A stretch of DNA of 58,113 bases from Bacilli bacterium (GCA_017480975.1 JAFURK010000034.1:1-58113), one strand, 5' to 3'; positions 1 through 9,096 are shown, numbered from the stretch's first letter. Translations and numbers: made by a program. Notes: generated by a model not told the origin, from the letters alone.

Positions 1-45
1 TAACAATCCAACCATAACTACCAATAACAAATAAATTCTTTTCAC
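1..45 (-). CDS. 5' fragment (first 15 codons) of an unknown protein with a hydrophobic N-terminus; runs off the left edge
   Basis: Reverse strand reads GGAGGTG, 6 nt, then GTG AAA AGA ATT TAT TTG TTA TTG GTA GTT ATG GTT GGA TTG TTA (MKRIYLLLVVMVGLL). This is an SD plus GTG start at 45. Too short to classify. Confidence 0.3.
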   Translation of the reverse strand, partial: MKRIYLLLVVMVGLL

Positions 46-175
46 TACTTACACCTCCATCTATTATAATTATAATATCATAGATAACCACCATTTAACA
101 ATACCTATTTTTATTTTTTTAATCACTAAAATGCTTAAAACTATCATTACCTAATAACCATCTTTAGCTAAATAC

Positions 176-220
176 CAAGAAAAAATACTAATCAAGTAGT
201 AATCTACCCAATCAGTATTT
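176..220 (-). terminator. Rho-independent terminator downstream of cls (copy 1 of a near-identical terminator pair)
   Basis: Minus-strand RNA is AAUACUGAUUGGGUAG-AUUA-CUACUUGAUUAGUAUU followed by UUUUU. The 16-bp stem needs G:U pairs that only work on the minus-strand transcript. It lies 9 nt after the cls stop. Confidence 0.75.
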
Positions 221-228
221 TTTACCTT

Positions 229-1758
229 CTAAAACAACGGAAAAAATATTTTCATACTTTCTGTAACTAACTTTTTCCATCCCTTTAACTTAACTTTTTT
301 ACCTATAATTTCTTCAGAAATATCTAAAGTCTCTAAAAAATCCTTTTTCATCTCTTTAATACAACTTATATTATACATCCATACTCCACATTCAAAATGA
401 TGCACTAAAGATCGATAATCCAAATTAACCGTCCCACAAGTCGCAAATAAATCATCACTTATAAACTCTTTAGCGTGTATAAATCCCGGTGTATATTCAT
501 AAATCCTCACTCCACTATGAATTAAAATATCATAATTAGATTGTGTCATCCAAAAAATAGTTTTTTTATCAGGAATATGAGGAACGATAATTCTGACATC
601 AACTCCCTTTTTAGAACTTACACATAAAGCATTCATTATTTCATAATCACAAATCAAATATGGTGTTGTAATATAAACATACCTCTTAGCAGTATTAATC
701 ATATTCAGATACACATTTTTACCAACACTATCATGATAAAATTCTTCTGGCCCATCCCCATAAGGAACCACAATACCATCAGCCTGCTTTTTATAAACAT
801 TCTGATTCATCACATCTGCTAGTTCAATTATTTGTTTATTTTGACAATTCCAAGTCTCTAAAAATAAAGCCGTTAAACTATCAACAGCGTCCCCTTCTAA
901 CTTAACTGCCGTATCCTTCCAATGACCATGCTTTACTTTTTCATTAATATATTCATCCGCTAAATTAATTCCCCCAGTAAAACCTACTATCCCATCAATA
1001 ACGGTAATTTTTCGATGATCCCTATTATTGTGAATTCTTGACATAACCGCCCTAAATTTATTAGAGGGCATGCAATTAATACCTTCACAATTTAACTTTT
1101 CATAATACTTCTCATCTAATGTTGTCATACAACCAAAGTCATCATATATAACATAAACCTTCACCCCATCATTAACTTTTTTCTTTAATACTTCATAAAT
1201 AGAATCCCACATCTTACCCTCTTCAATGATAAAATACTCCATCATTATAAACTTTTTAGCATTTCTTAAAGAATCAAGCAGTGCTTCATGAAACTCTTCG
1301 CCTACTTTATAATAAGTAACTTTAGTATTTTGATAAACTGGTAACTCAGTAACTTTACTAATATAATTAGCCTGCAAATAAGCATCCATATTTTTATCTT
1401 TTAACCTCTCTAAAACTTCATTCTGCCTTAAATAAGGTTTTAATTTTTCTTTATTATTTTTAAATCTTGTAATCAAATCTTTATTCTGATCATTACTTGT
1501 TAAAAGAATAAAAGCAAATGCCCCAAATACAAAAAACAACATCATAATAATTACCCAAGGTAACTTAAATTCTGGACTTTCATACTTATTAATAATATAT
1601 AGAAATACCCCCACGTAAAATATATATCCTAACACAACAATTAAACTAGAATATTTATAAAATAAACCAAATACAATAAATAATTGTACCAATTCTAATA
1701 AAATAACAAAAGCTGAAATAAAAAATCTCGATCTAACAACTTTTAATAATTTTTCCAT
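229..1758 (-). CDS. cls: Cardiolipin synthase (phospholipase D superfamily)
   Basis: 509 aa with two N-terminal TM helices. Two HKD motifs: HRKITVIDG and HAKEFISDD. Size and architecture are typical of Firmicutes Cls. Confidence 0.9.
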   Translation of the reverse strand: MEKLLKVVRSRFFISAFVILLELVQLFIVFGLFYKYSSLIVVLGYIFYVGVFLYIINKYESPEFKLPWVIIMMLFFVFGAFAFILLTSNDQNKDLITRFKNNKEKLKPYLRQNEVLERLKDKNMDAYLQANYISKVTELPVYQNTKVTYYKVGEEFHEALLDSLRNAKKFIMMEYFIIEEGKMWDSIYEVLKKKVNDGVKVYVIYDDFGCMTTLDEKYYEKLNCEGINCMPSNKFRAVMSRIHNNRDHRKITVIDGIVGFTGGINLADEYINEKVKHGHWKDTAVKLEGDAVDSLTALFLETWNCQNKQIIELADVMNQNVYKKQADGIVVPYGDGPEEFYHDSVGKNVYLNMINTAKRYVYITTPYLICDYEIMNALCVSSKKGVDVRIIVPHIPDKKTIFWMTQSNYDILIHSGVRIYEYTPGFIHAKEFISDDLFATCGTVNLDYRSLVHHFECGVWMYNISCIKEMKKDFLETLDISEEIIGKKVKLKGWKKLVTESMKIFFPLF

Positions 1759-1760
1759 AA

Positions 1761-2414
1761 CTACCTTTCTTCCAAAACACTTCTAATATTTATTATCATA
1801 TATAATCCCATAATTACAATCATTAAACTAACTACCATACCAGTATAACCATTAACAACCGCTAAATCATACTCACTAGCAAAAGTATCTAATAATACCA
1901 CTTGTGTTAACACAATCGATGTTAAAGCATTAGCAAAATTAGTAATCTTTACCGCCTTCAAAATAGGACTACTTTTTCTTTTATATTTAACCATTCCATG
2001 TATTGACCAACCAACTTGCCAAAAAGCATTGAGAGCTACTAAATAAGTCAAATATTCATGCATTAAAGTATTAGTCCCTTTATAATACATATATACACTT
2101 ACCGAAAAATACATTACCCCAAGTATTATTAATAAAATTCCATTATGCAAATAATTCTTATATCCTAATTCCTTCTTTAAATTTTCATCATCTATTCCTC
2201 GACGTATCCCATAAGCCCTAATAGAAAAAAATCTAGATATCGATAAAACTGCTAAAAAGCCCGCATTGACGAAAAACCATAATGACGGAATCGTAAAAGC
2301 AAATATAAATTTTGCTATAGCAATTATTATATTTGCCATCGTCGTAAAAATCAGCAAAAGCATTGTTTTATCATTTTTTTCTAGATTTAAAATATTACTT
2401 AATAACTTTTTCAC
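1761..2414 (-). CDS. Polytopic membrane protein, unknown function (about 6 TM)
   Basis: 217 aa with repeated hydrophobic segments. Its stop lies 2 nt upstream of the cls start and it overlaps the upstream gene by 4 nt, so it is in the same operon. Confidence 0.6.
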   Translation of the reverse strand: MKKLLSNILNLEKNDKTMLLLIFTTMANIIIAIAKFIFAFTIPSLWFFVNAGFLAVLSISRFFSIRAYGIRRGIDDENLKKELGYKNYLHNGILLIILGVMYFSVSVYMYYKGTNTLMHEYLTYLVALNAFWQVGWSIHGMVKYKRKSSPILKAVKITNFANALTSIVLTQVVLLDTFASEYDLAVVNGYTGMVVSLMIVIMGLYMIINIRSVLEER

Positions 2415-2836
2415 TTAATTTTATTTCCATTGATATAAGAATATATCGGATAGTTTAATACACAAATAATAAGACCTACAACTCCTGTTATAATACCTAC
2501 TAACATATCAGCTTGACTAGCTTCACCTACCATAACTTTACTCATACCAAAGCCCATTATAAGTGAACCAATAATACCAATAACAAAAGTAAGAACTAAT
2601 CCCCAATTAATTGGCCCTCGAGGCTTCTTAGGATGTTCCTTTCTATAAACTGGTATAATACATAGTAAAATAATAAATCCTATAATTGCTACTACTATCC
2701 CTTGAGTAAATAAATTCCATTCTGGTAGTAAGCACATACACATACCAATTGCAAATACTAAACCACCAATAGTTCCTAAAATAATTTCTAGTAAAGTTTC
2801 CTTCTTCATATAATCCTCCAAATTATTTATTATCAA
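2411..2836 (-). CDS. Small membrane protein, unknown function (about 4 TM)
   Basis: 141 aa, hydrophobic. Overlaps both neighbours (4 nt and 14 nt). Confidence 0.6.
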   Translation of the reverse strand: MIINNLEDYMKKETLLEIILGTIGGLVFAIGMCMCLLPEWNLFTQGIVVAIIGFIILLCIIPVYRKEHPKKPRGPINWGLVLTFVIGIIGSLIMGFGMSKVMVGEASQADMLVGIITGVVGLIICVLNYPIYSYINGNKIK

Positions 2837-3134
2837 TTATATCGTTCATTCTTTGTCTTTGCTCTTTAAGCATTTCTTGATAATTTTCTCTATTTTCTTG
2901 AGCTATTTCCTTAGCGTCTCTTTCCATATGTGACATAACTACCTTAGCTTTAGCCTTTAATCCATCAGCATCCTTAAATTCTTGAAAATCTGGATCAACC
3001 TTTTTCGCCTCTTCAAATCTAGCTTTACTATCAGCTTTAATAGCTTCAAAATTTTCCTTATCGATCTTTTTTTGTTCCTCCATATTTTCTTTCATATCAT
3101 CAAATGCTCTTCCAAAAAATCCTTTTTTTTCCAT
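2823..3134 (-). CDS. Small highly charged (K/E/D-rich) helical protein, unknown function; first gene of the cls operon
   Basis: 103 aa. Strong SD (AAAGGAGGAG) 6 nt before the ATG. No TM segment. Confidence 0.55.
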   Translation of the reverse strand: MEKKGFFGRAFDDMKENMEEQKKIDKENFEAIKADSKARFEEAKKVDPDFQEFKDADGLKAKAKVVMSHMERDAKEIAQENRENYQEMLKEQRQRMNDIIDNK

Positions 3135-3172
3135 GATAACTCCTCCTTTTCATTCTTAATACTAATATATCA

Positions 3173-3190
3173 AAGTAAATTTTAAGTAAA
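3173..3190 (-). promoter_or_regulatory. Direct repeat TTTACTT-N4-TTTACTT (minus strand) abutting a TGATATATT extended -10; putative response-regulator box for the cls operon
   Basis: The plus strand shows aagtaaa at 3173-3179 and 3184-3190, an 11-bp period. The same repeat with the same spacing occurs upstream of the response-regulator gene at 5010-5027. Confidence 0.5.
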
Positions 3191-3265
3191 AATTTAACCT
3201 TTATTAACAAAAAATACTTAAAATTACTTAACTCTAAATATAAAGCTAAAGAAAATATAAGTATT

Positions 3266-4312
3266 TTAACCCCTATAAAGAATAACGGTAAAAGTACTTC
3301 CCTTATTAAGCTCACTCTCAACTTTAATTTTACCTTCAACCAATTGAACAATCCTATTAGCAATCGTAAGACCTAATCCTAACCCCCTAGCAGTCTTACT
3401 CTTATCCACTTGATAAAACTTATTAAAAATTAATTTTAACTCTTCTTCAGTCATACCTATTCCCGAATCAATAACACTAAATATTATAGTCTCTTGATAA
3501 ACCCTTAAATTAACGGAAATATTACCACCATCTGGCGTATACTTAATCGCATTATTAATCAAATTAATCCACAAATGCTCCATTATCTCTTCACTACCAA
3601 AATATTCTACTTCTTCCAAATTACAAGACAAATCAATCTTCTTCTTGCTATATTCTGGCTCCAATACAATAATACATCTTCTAATTTGTTCATCAAGTAA
3701 ATATTTATTCTTATTAGGAATTATCCCTTGCGAATTCAACTTCGTAAGAAGGATTGAACTATTCGCCAAATAAGTAAGCTTCTCAGACTCTTCAACTATT
3801 ATCTTTAAATATTTATCCCTATTCTTCTTATCAACGTCATCTTCTAATAACAATTCAGCAAAGCCCTTAATTGAAGTAATTGGCGTCTTAAACTCATGCG
3901 AATAATTATTAACAAACTCATCCTGTAACGTATTAGCCTTCTTTAACTCTTCTTCTAACTTATTAAAATTATTATACGCTACCGCAAAAATTGATGACTT
4001 ACTCGGATCAAGCTTAGCATGATAATCACCACTAGCTGCTTTCGCAAGCCCATCCGCTAAATCCGTCGCCTGCTTAGCCATCCACCTAGCATTTATTGTA
4101 TTAATAACCGTTATAAAAAGCACCATTGGAATAATTAACGCCAAAGCCCTAAAAATCAAATCCCATGATAGCTTATAATTATTTATCAACCATTCAACAA
4201 GACAAAAAGAAACAATTGAGGAAACTAAAATAAATACCGTCTGAAATCTTAACCAACGTACTATATTTTTATACGTAACTCTATCAATATGAATTCTATT
4301 TCTCATCAGCAA
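3266..4312 (-). CDS. Sensor histidine kinase, intramembrane-sensing type (2 TM with a minimal loop, HAMP, HisKA, HATPase_c)
   Basis: H-box SHEFKTPITSIKG, N-box LINNAIKYT, G-boxes DSGIGM and GLGLGL. The two N-terminal TM helices are separated by only about 8 residues. Confidence 0.9.
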   Translation of the reverse strand: MLMRNRIHIDRVTYKNIVRWLRFQTVFILVSSIVSFCLVEWLINNYKLSWDLIFRALALIIPMVLFITVINTINARWMAKQATDLADGLAKAASGDYHAKLDPSKSSIFAVAYNNFNKLEEELKKANTLQDEFVNNYSHEFKTPITSIKGFAELLLEDDVDKKNRDKYLKIIVEESEKLTYLANSSILLTKLNSQGIIPNKNKYLLDEQIRRCIIVLEPEYSKKKIDLSCNLEEVEYFGSEEIMEHLWINLINNAIKYTPDGGNISVNLRVYQETIIFSVIDSGIGMTEEELKLIFNKFYQVDKSKTARGLGLGLTIANRIVQLVEGKIKVESELNKGSTFTVILYRG

Positions 4313-4973
4313 CCACTACTTTATATCCTAATCCCTTTACTGAAACAATCTCAAACTCATCTACCCCTTTTAATTTATTACGAATCTTATTAATATGGGT
4401 CTTTATTGTATCCTCACTTGCTTTCGATTCATAGCCCCAAACATCTTCTAATAACTGCATCTTCGTCATAACCCTATTTGGATAAGATAATAATTTAAAT
4501 AAAAGTTCAAACTCTCTCTTCGTAAATTCTATTCCCCTATTATTATATTGCACCAAATAATTATTTTCATTCATCATAAAATTACCTATATTAATTTTCA
4601 TCTTACTAGAAATATTAGCCCTTCTAAGCAAGGCCTTAATCCTAAGTAAAAGTTCTTCATAATCAATCGGTTTCGTAACATAGTCATCAATGCCTAATTC
4701 AAAACCTTGCCTTTTATCTTCAAAAGTCGACTTAGCTGTCAAAAATAATACAGGAACTTCCTCCTTATTATCACGAAGATACTTAACCATCTCATACCCA
4801 TCCATAACCGGCATCATTATATCAGCTATAATTAAATCTATTTGCCTTTCATAAAAAATATCAAGCGCTTCACTTCCATTCTCCGCCACAACTACATTAT
4901 AATATTTCTTTAATCTAGCCTCGGTTAAAAGTCTTGTATGTTCATTATCCTCAACTACTAATATTGTTACCAT
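4296..4973 (-). CDS. OmpR/PhoB-family response regulator
   Basis: 225 aa. Receiver domain (DLIIADIMMP, LTAK) plus a C-terminal winged-helix (trans_reg_C-like, ending LGYKV). Overlaps the kinase gene by 17 nt. Confidence 0.92.
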   Translation of the reverse strand: MVTILVVEDNEHTRLLTEARLKKYYNVVVAENGSEALDIFYERQIDLIIADIMMPVMDGYEMVKYLRDNKEEVPVLFLTAKSTFEDKRQGFELGIDDYVTKPIDYEELLLRIKALLRRANISSKMKINIGNFMMNENNYLVQYNNRGIEFTKREFELLFKLLSYPNRVMTKMQLLEDVWGYESKASEDTIKTHINKIRNKLKGVDEFEIVSVKGLGYKVVVADEK

Positions 4974-5009
4974 GGTATCACCTCTAATTACAAAAATATT
5001 ATATCATCA

Positions 5010-5027
5010 AAGTAAAATAAAAGTAAA
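5010..5027 (-). promoter_or_regulatory. Direct repeat TTTACTT-N4-TTTACTT upstream of a TGATATAAT extended -10; putative autoregulatory box of the two-component operon
   Basis: The plus strand shows aagtaaa at 5010-5016 and 5021-5027. The minus strand reads TTTACTTTTATTTTACTTTGATGATATAAT. Confidence 0.5.
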
Positions 5028-5083
5028 TTTTTATAAGTTTAAAATACTTAATTATTACTATACTAAATAAATAAACCTTATAA

Positions 5084-5113
5084 TATAAAAATAAACACTT
5101 TCTTTGTGTTTAC
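5084..5113 (-). terminator. Rho-independent terminator after the thioredoxin-like gene
   Basis: Minus strand reads TAAACAC-AAAGAAA-GTGTTTA followed by TTTTTAT, 12 nt after the stop. Confidence 0.5.
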
Positions 5114-5124
5114 TTTTATATTTC

Positions 5125-5844
5125 TTAACAAGCTTCATCACAAGTATGTTGCTTTACATACAAATATTCTAAAATACTTTCAAATTTATTATATGTATCT
5201 GCTGTTATTTCATCAGTTAATTCCATATAACCATCAGTTTGTTTATCACTAATTCCAGTTTCTATTTTTTCGGCTTGACCATCTACGACTATAACTACAT
5301 TAGGAGCATATATTCTTTTTTCATCGGCAGAAACTTTATTTCCTTCTGCATCAGTTAATGTATAATCAGCTAAGACATTACCTAATAATTCAATTAATTC
5401 ATAATAACCATCTGTTCCTTCTTTTGTTGTTTCTAATTCTCCATTATCATTTATTTCAATTGTATCACGAATTTCTTTTACATCTACATAATAAATTTCA
5501 TCTATTTCAACATCTTTAGCAACTTCTATTAAAGTAGGAAGTACACTTCGACACCAAGGACAGCTATTAAATCCAAAGTAAACCGCAAAAGTTTCCTTAT
5601 TGTTTATCATTTCAACAATATCATCAGCCCCTTTATAAATAAATGGATTATCTTTAGATATAGAAAGTTCTCGATACTCCTTACCACTTTTTTCATTAAC
5701 CTCCCCATTTAAAGATTCATATTCCTCTTTAAATTTAATCGCATCTTTATTATTTTCTTTTTTAGTATTAAGAATATTAAATACCAATATTCCTCCAATT
5801 ATAATTACTATAGCGATTAACACAAATAATATTTTTTTCTTCAT
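5125..5844 (-). CDS. Membrane-anchored extracytoplasmic thioredoxin-fold protein (CPWC active site) with a C-terminal CDEAC motif
   Basis: 239 aa with an N-terminal TM. FGFNSCPWCRS is a CxxC thioredoxin motif. The extreme C-terminus is HTCDEAC. Its ATG overlaps the stop of the preceding small ORF (ATGA). Confidence 0.7.
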   Translation of the reverse strand: MKKKILFVLIAIVIIIGGILVFNILNTKKENNKDAIKFKEEYESLNGEVNEKSGKEYRELSISKDNPFIYKGADDIVEMINNKETFAVYFGFNSCPWCRSVLPTLIEVAKDVEIDEIYYVDVKEIRDTIEINDNGELETTKEGTDGYYELIELLGNVLADYTLTDAEGNKVSADEKRIYAPNVVIVVDGQAEKIETGISDKQTDGYMELTDEITADTYNKFESILEYLYVKQHTCDEAC

Positions 5845-6005
5845 CTTTTTTTCCTCCTCTTATCAATAATAATTTTGCCATCTTTATTAGATATCACTGT
5901 TATAAAATTATTATTTGATACTACTTCCTCATTATCTTTTTTTCCACAACCATTCAACCTCAATATACCTATAAACAAGACAAATATTACTAATAACTTT
6001 TTCAT
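5841..6005 (-). CDS. Small putative lipoprotein (54 aa), not in the ORF track
   Basis: The ATG immediately follows the copA TAG. It encodes MKKLLVIFVLFIGILRLNGCGKKDNEE..., a signal peptide plus an L-N-G-C lipobox-like site. Its TGA overlaps the next gene's ATG. Confidence 0.5.
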   Translation of the reverse strand: MKKLLVIFVLFIGILRLNGCGKKDNEEVVSNNNFITVISNKDGKIIIDKRRKKR

Positions 6006-8216
6006 CTAACTTCTTCTTAATTTTATTTTCTTTAACCTTAAGACATTAAATATTACCGTTAAACTACTTATAGTCATAGCCAATCCCGCTACCATTGGAT
6101 TCATATTTATATTCCATTTGGTTAATAACCCTATTGCTATAGGTATCATACAAATATTATAGAAAAACGCCCAAAATAAATTTTGTTTTATATTTCTAAT
6201 CGTTTTCTTACTTATAATTATTAAATTAATTAAATTTATCAAATTATCATTTATCAATATAACATCGGCCGAATTATTCGCAATATCAGTTCCACTTGAT
6301 ACTGATACCCCAATATTGGCTGTTGCTAAAGATGGAGCATCATTAATGCCATCACCCACCATCATAACTTTTTTATCAGCTTGCATAAGTTCTTTAATTT
6401 TATTTACCTTATCTTTTGGTAAAACATTAGCAATTACTTCTTCTATACTTAGTTCTTTAGCAATAGTTTTAGCCGTAATTTCATTGTCCCCCGTTAACAT
6501 AATAACTTGCTTATTTAATGACTTTAATTCTTTAATTACTGCCTTGGCATTATCTCTTACAACATCTTTAACCCCAATTAAGGCAATAATTTTACCATTT
6601 TCAATTACATAAACAATACTATTACCTTTTTTAGATAACTCTTCTTCATCCTTTTTATAATTATTACTTATGCCTAGTTTTGTTAGCATTTTATTATTAC
6701 CAATATAATACTTATTTTTTCCTATCTCTCCAGATAAGCCTAATCCTGTTAAATATTTAAATTCATTTACGATTAATAAGTGAAGTTTATTTTCTTTACT
6801 ATAATTTATAAAAGCATTAGCAATCGGATGTGTCGATTTAGACTCTAAACTAGCCACTATTCTAAGAAGTTCTTTTTCTTTATAATTACTATAATTAAAA
6901 ATTTCCGAAATCTTTAAATCTCCATAAGTTAAAGTCCCAGTTTTATCAAAAACAATAGTATCAACCTTATGAGCATTTTCTAATGTTTCACTAGTTTTAA
7001 CAAGAATACCACTCTTAGCACAAATACCTCCACTTACAACAATAGCTAAAGGTGTCGCTAATCCTAAAGCACATGGACAAGCAACTACTAAGACTGTTAC
7101 AAAATGTGTTAAACTAGTATTAATTCCCGAACCTAACAATAAATAAATGATACATGTTAAAAAAGCAATCACCATAATGCTAGGAACAAAAATACCACTA
7201 ACTTTATCGGCTATTTTAGCAATAGGAGCCTTCGTATTAGTCGCTTCTACTACTAATCTAACAATCTCTGAAATAGTAGAATCTCTGCCTATTCTTTCAG
7301 CCCTATATTCAATATAACCATCTATATTTAAACTACCAGCAACTACTCTATCATCCATTTTTTTCTTAGTGGGTACAGATTCTCCCGTAATAAATGACTC
7401 ATCTAAATAAGAACTACCACCTGTTATAATTCCATCAACAGCAACTTTCATTCCCGGTTTACAGATTAGAATATCATCTTTTTTTACTTCATCTATAGTT
7501 ACTCCTTTTTCACCTTGACTAGTCTTTAAAATAGCTTTGGCCGGAGTTATTTGAACTAAATCTTTAATAGCTTCTTTCGTCTTTTCTTTACTTCTAGAAT
7601 CAATAAATCTTCCCAATTTAATAAAGAATATTACAATACAGGCTGATTCAAAATATAAATTTTCTACATATTGATGTTTACCTATTATAATCATAATAGT
7701 TCCAAAGACACTATAAAGAAAACTTGATAATACACCAATAGATACTAAAGTATCCATATTAGGTGTCTTATGAATTAAATTTTTATACCCATTCCTAAAA
7801 ATATCAAATCCATAAATTAAATAAGGAATAGATAGAATTAATAAACAAATTGAATAATTAATTGGAAATTTCATCATATTTAAAAATGGTATTACCGGTA
7901 AATTTATCATATGTGACATTGAAATATATAAAACAAGTATCGATAAAAGACTAAATACAATTAATATAATTTTACCACTACTCTTTTTTTGTTCTTTAAC
8001 CTCACCATAAATACCTAAACTTTCAAATCCAGCCTCTTTAACAAATCTATTTAAGTCATCTAATGTTAAGCTATCTTCATACTCGATCAAAGCTTGAGCT
8101 AAAACTAAATTTACTGAGGCATTTATAATTCCTTTTTGTTTATTTAAGTATTTTTCTAATCCTACTGAACAAGCACTACAACTCATTCCATCAATACTTA
8201 AAATTACCTTTTGCAT
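6006..8216 (-). CDS. copA: Copper-translocating P1B-type ATPase
   Basis: 736 aa. One N-terminal HMA domain (GMSCSACSVGLEK), a CPC motif (VACPCALGLATP), DKTGTLT and GDGINDAP. Confidence 0.93.
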   Translation of the reverse strand: MQKVILSIDGMSCSACSVGLEKYLNKQKGIINASVNLVLAQALIEYEDSLTLDDLNRFVKEAGFESLGIYGEVKEQKKSSGKIILIVFSLLSILVLYISMSHMINLPVIPFLNMMKFPINYSICLLILSIPYLIYGFDIFRNGYKNLIHKTPNMDTLVSIGVLSSFLYSVFGTIMIIIGKHQYVENLYFESACIVIFFIKLGRFIDSRSKEKTKEAIKDLVQITPAKAILKTSQGEKGVTIDEVKKDDILICKPGMKVAVDGIITGGSSYLDESFITGESVPTKKKMDDRVVAGSLNIDGYIEYRAERIGRDSTISEIVRLVVEATNTKAPIAKIADKVSGIFVPSIMVIAFLTCIIYLLLGSGINTSLTHFVTVLVVACPCALGLATPLAIVVSGGICAKSGILVKTSETLENAHKVDTIVFDKTGTLTYGDLKISEIFNYSNYKEKELLRIVASLESKSTHPIANAFINYSKENKLHLLIVNEFKYLTGLGLSGEIGKNKYYIGNNKMLTKLGISNNYKKDEEELSKKGNSIVYVIENGKIIALIGVKDVVRDNAKAVIKELKSLNKQVIMLTGDNEITAKTIAKELSIEEVIANVLPKDKVNKIKELMQADKKVMMVGDGINDAPSLATANIGVSVSSGTDIANNSADVILINDNLINLINLIIISKKTIRNIKQNLFWAFFYNICMIPIAIGLLTKWNINMNPMVAGLAMTISSLTVIFNVLRLKKIKLRRS

Positions 8217-8223
8217 ATTAACT

Positions 8224-8684
8224 ACTCTCCTTTAAAATATCCTTCATCATCTATTATTTTAATTGTACTTTTTATCATACTTATCCAATAAGTATAAGTA
8301 AATGTTTCTTCTTTATTGAGAATAAATTTAATTACATTATCTCCCTCAATTAGCTCTTGCCCTATATTAAATTCATCAATTACTATTCCATTATTACAGC
8401 CTGTTAAGTATTTTTATCTACATGAATTTCTAATGTAATATCCTTTTGTAAAATAACATCTTAATAATTATCATACCCTAAATTAAATTCAACAACTTGA
8501 TAATCAGCTTCTATAACTAAAACAGTAAAATTATCATCATATTAAATAATTTAAAAACATTAACCCTAAACAATATATCAATTAAAATTGCAACTAAAAG
8601 AATAACCAATAATATCAAAATAAATTTCCTTAACTTAATACCATCTTTTAAAATATTTATATCTTCACAATAACAATAATGCAT
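8224..8684 (-). pseudogene. Decayed gene between csoR and copA (membrane-anchored beta-rich protein, unknown family)
   Basis: The minus strand starts with a 54-codon ORF (MHYCYCEDINILKDGIKLRKFILILLVILLVAILID...). Protein-like text then continues through a frameshift, two in-frame TAA stops and a second frameshift: YDDNFTVLVIEADYQVVEFNLGYDNY*DVILQKDITLEIHVDKNT*, then GCNNGIVIDEFNIGQELIEGDNVIKFILNKEETFTYTYWISMIKSTIKIIDDEGYFKGE*. Confidence 0.45.
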
Positions 8685-8708
8685 CCTTCTATTTTTATAT
8701 AAATTTTT

Positions 8709-9008
8709 TTATTTTAGTTTTCCAAATAAGTTTAATACATCATCAATTACTTCTAAATTACCATTTTCAATATCATCAACCATACAAGTTTTCATATGAC
8801 TTTTTAATATTTCATTACCTAAACTTTTTAAAGCATTAGTAGCTGACGCTACTTGCAATAAAACATCATCACAATATCTATCATCATTAATCATTTGTCC
8901 AATACCATTTATTTGACCAGCAATAATTTTTAATCTTCTATTTAAATCATTCTTTTCTTCTTCGGTTCGATGTTTTGCTCTTGTACAATTCTCACATTTC
9001 TTTTTCAC
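8709..9008 (-). CDS. csoR: CsoR-family copper-sensing transcriptional repressor
   Basis: 99 aa with a GTG start. The pattern is DUF156/CsoR-like: RLKIIAGQINGIGQMI, and Cys/His ligand positions (RYCDDVLLQ ... HMKTC). Confidence 0.85.
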   Translation of the reverse strand: MKKKCENCTRAKHRTEEEKNDLNRRLKIIAGQINGIGQMINDDRYCDDVLLQVASATNALKSLGNEILKSHMKTCMVDDIENGNLEVIDDVLNLFGKLK

Positions 9009-9025
9009 TTTATCACCTATATTAT

Positions 9026-9054
9026 ATTATAGGGGTAGGGGGTATCTCTGTCAA
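9026..9054 (-). promoter_or_regulatory. Sigma-A promoter of the csoR-copA operon with a C-tract operator in the spacer
   Basis: Minus strand reads TTGACA-GAGATACCCCCTACCCC-TATAAT, a 17-nt spacer. ATACCCCCTACCCCTAT (9029-9045) is the only G/C-rich island in the region. It is flanked by ATA/TAT, as in CsoR/RcnR-type operators. Confidence 0.7.
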
Positions 9055-9096
9055 GTGATTGTAAGAAAAAAATTATCGATTAAAGATAATTTCTTG

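Noticed and set aside
3100-3363. Minus-strand 87-aa ORF spanning the kinase / small-gene junction.
   Set aside because: It overlaps the 3' end of the histidine kinase gene and the promoter and start of the next gene. The composition is low-complexity L/K/F/I, and the region is better explained by the kinase stop, the regulator box and the promoter.
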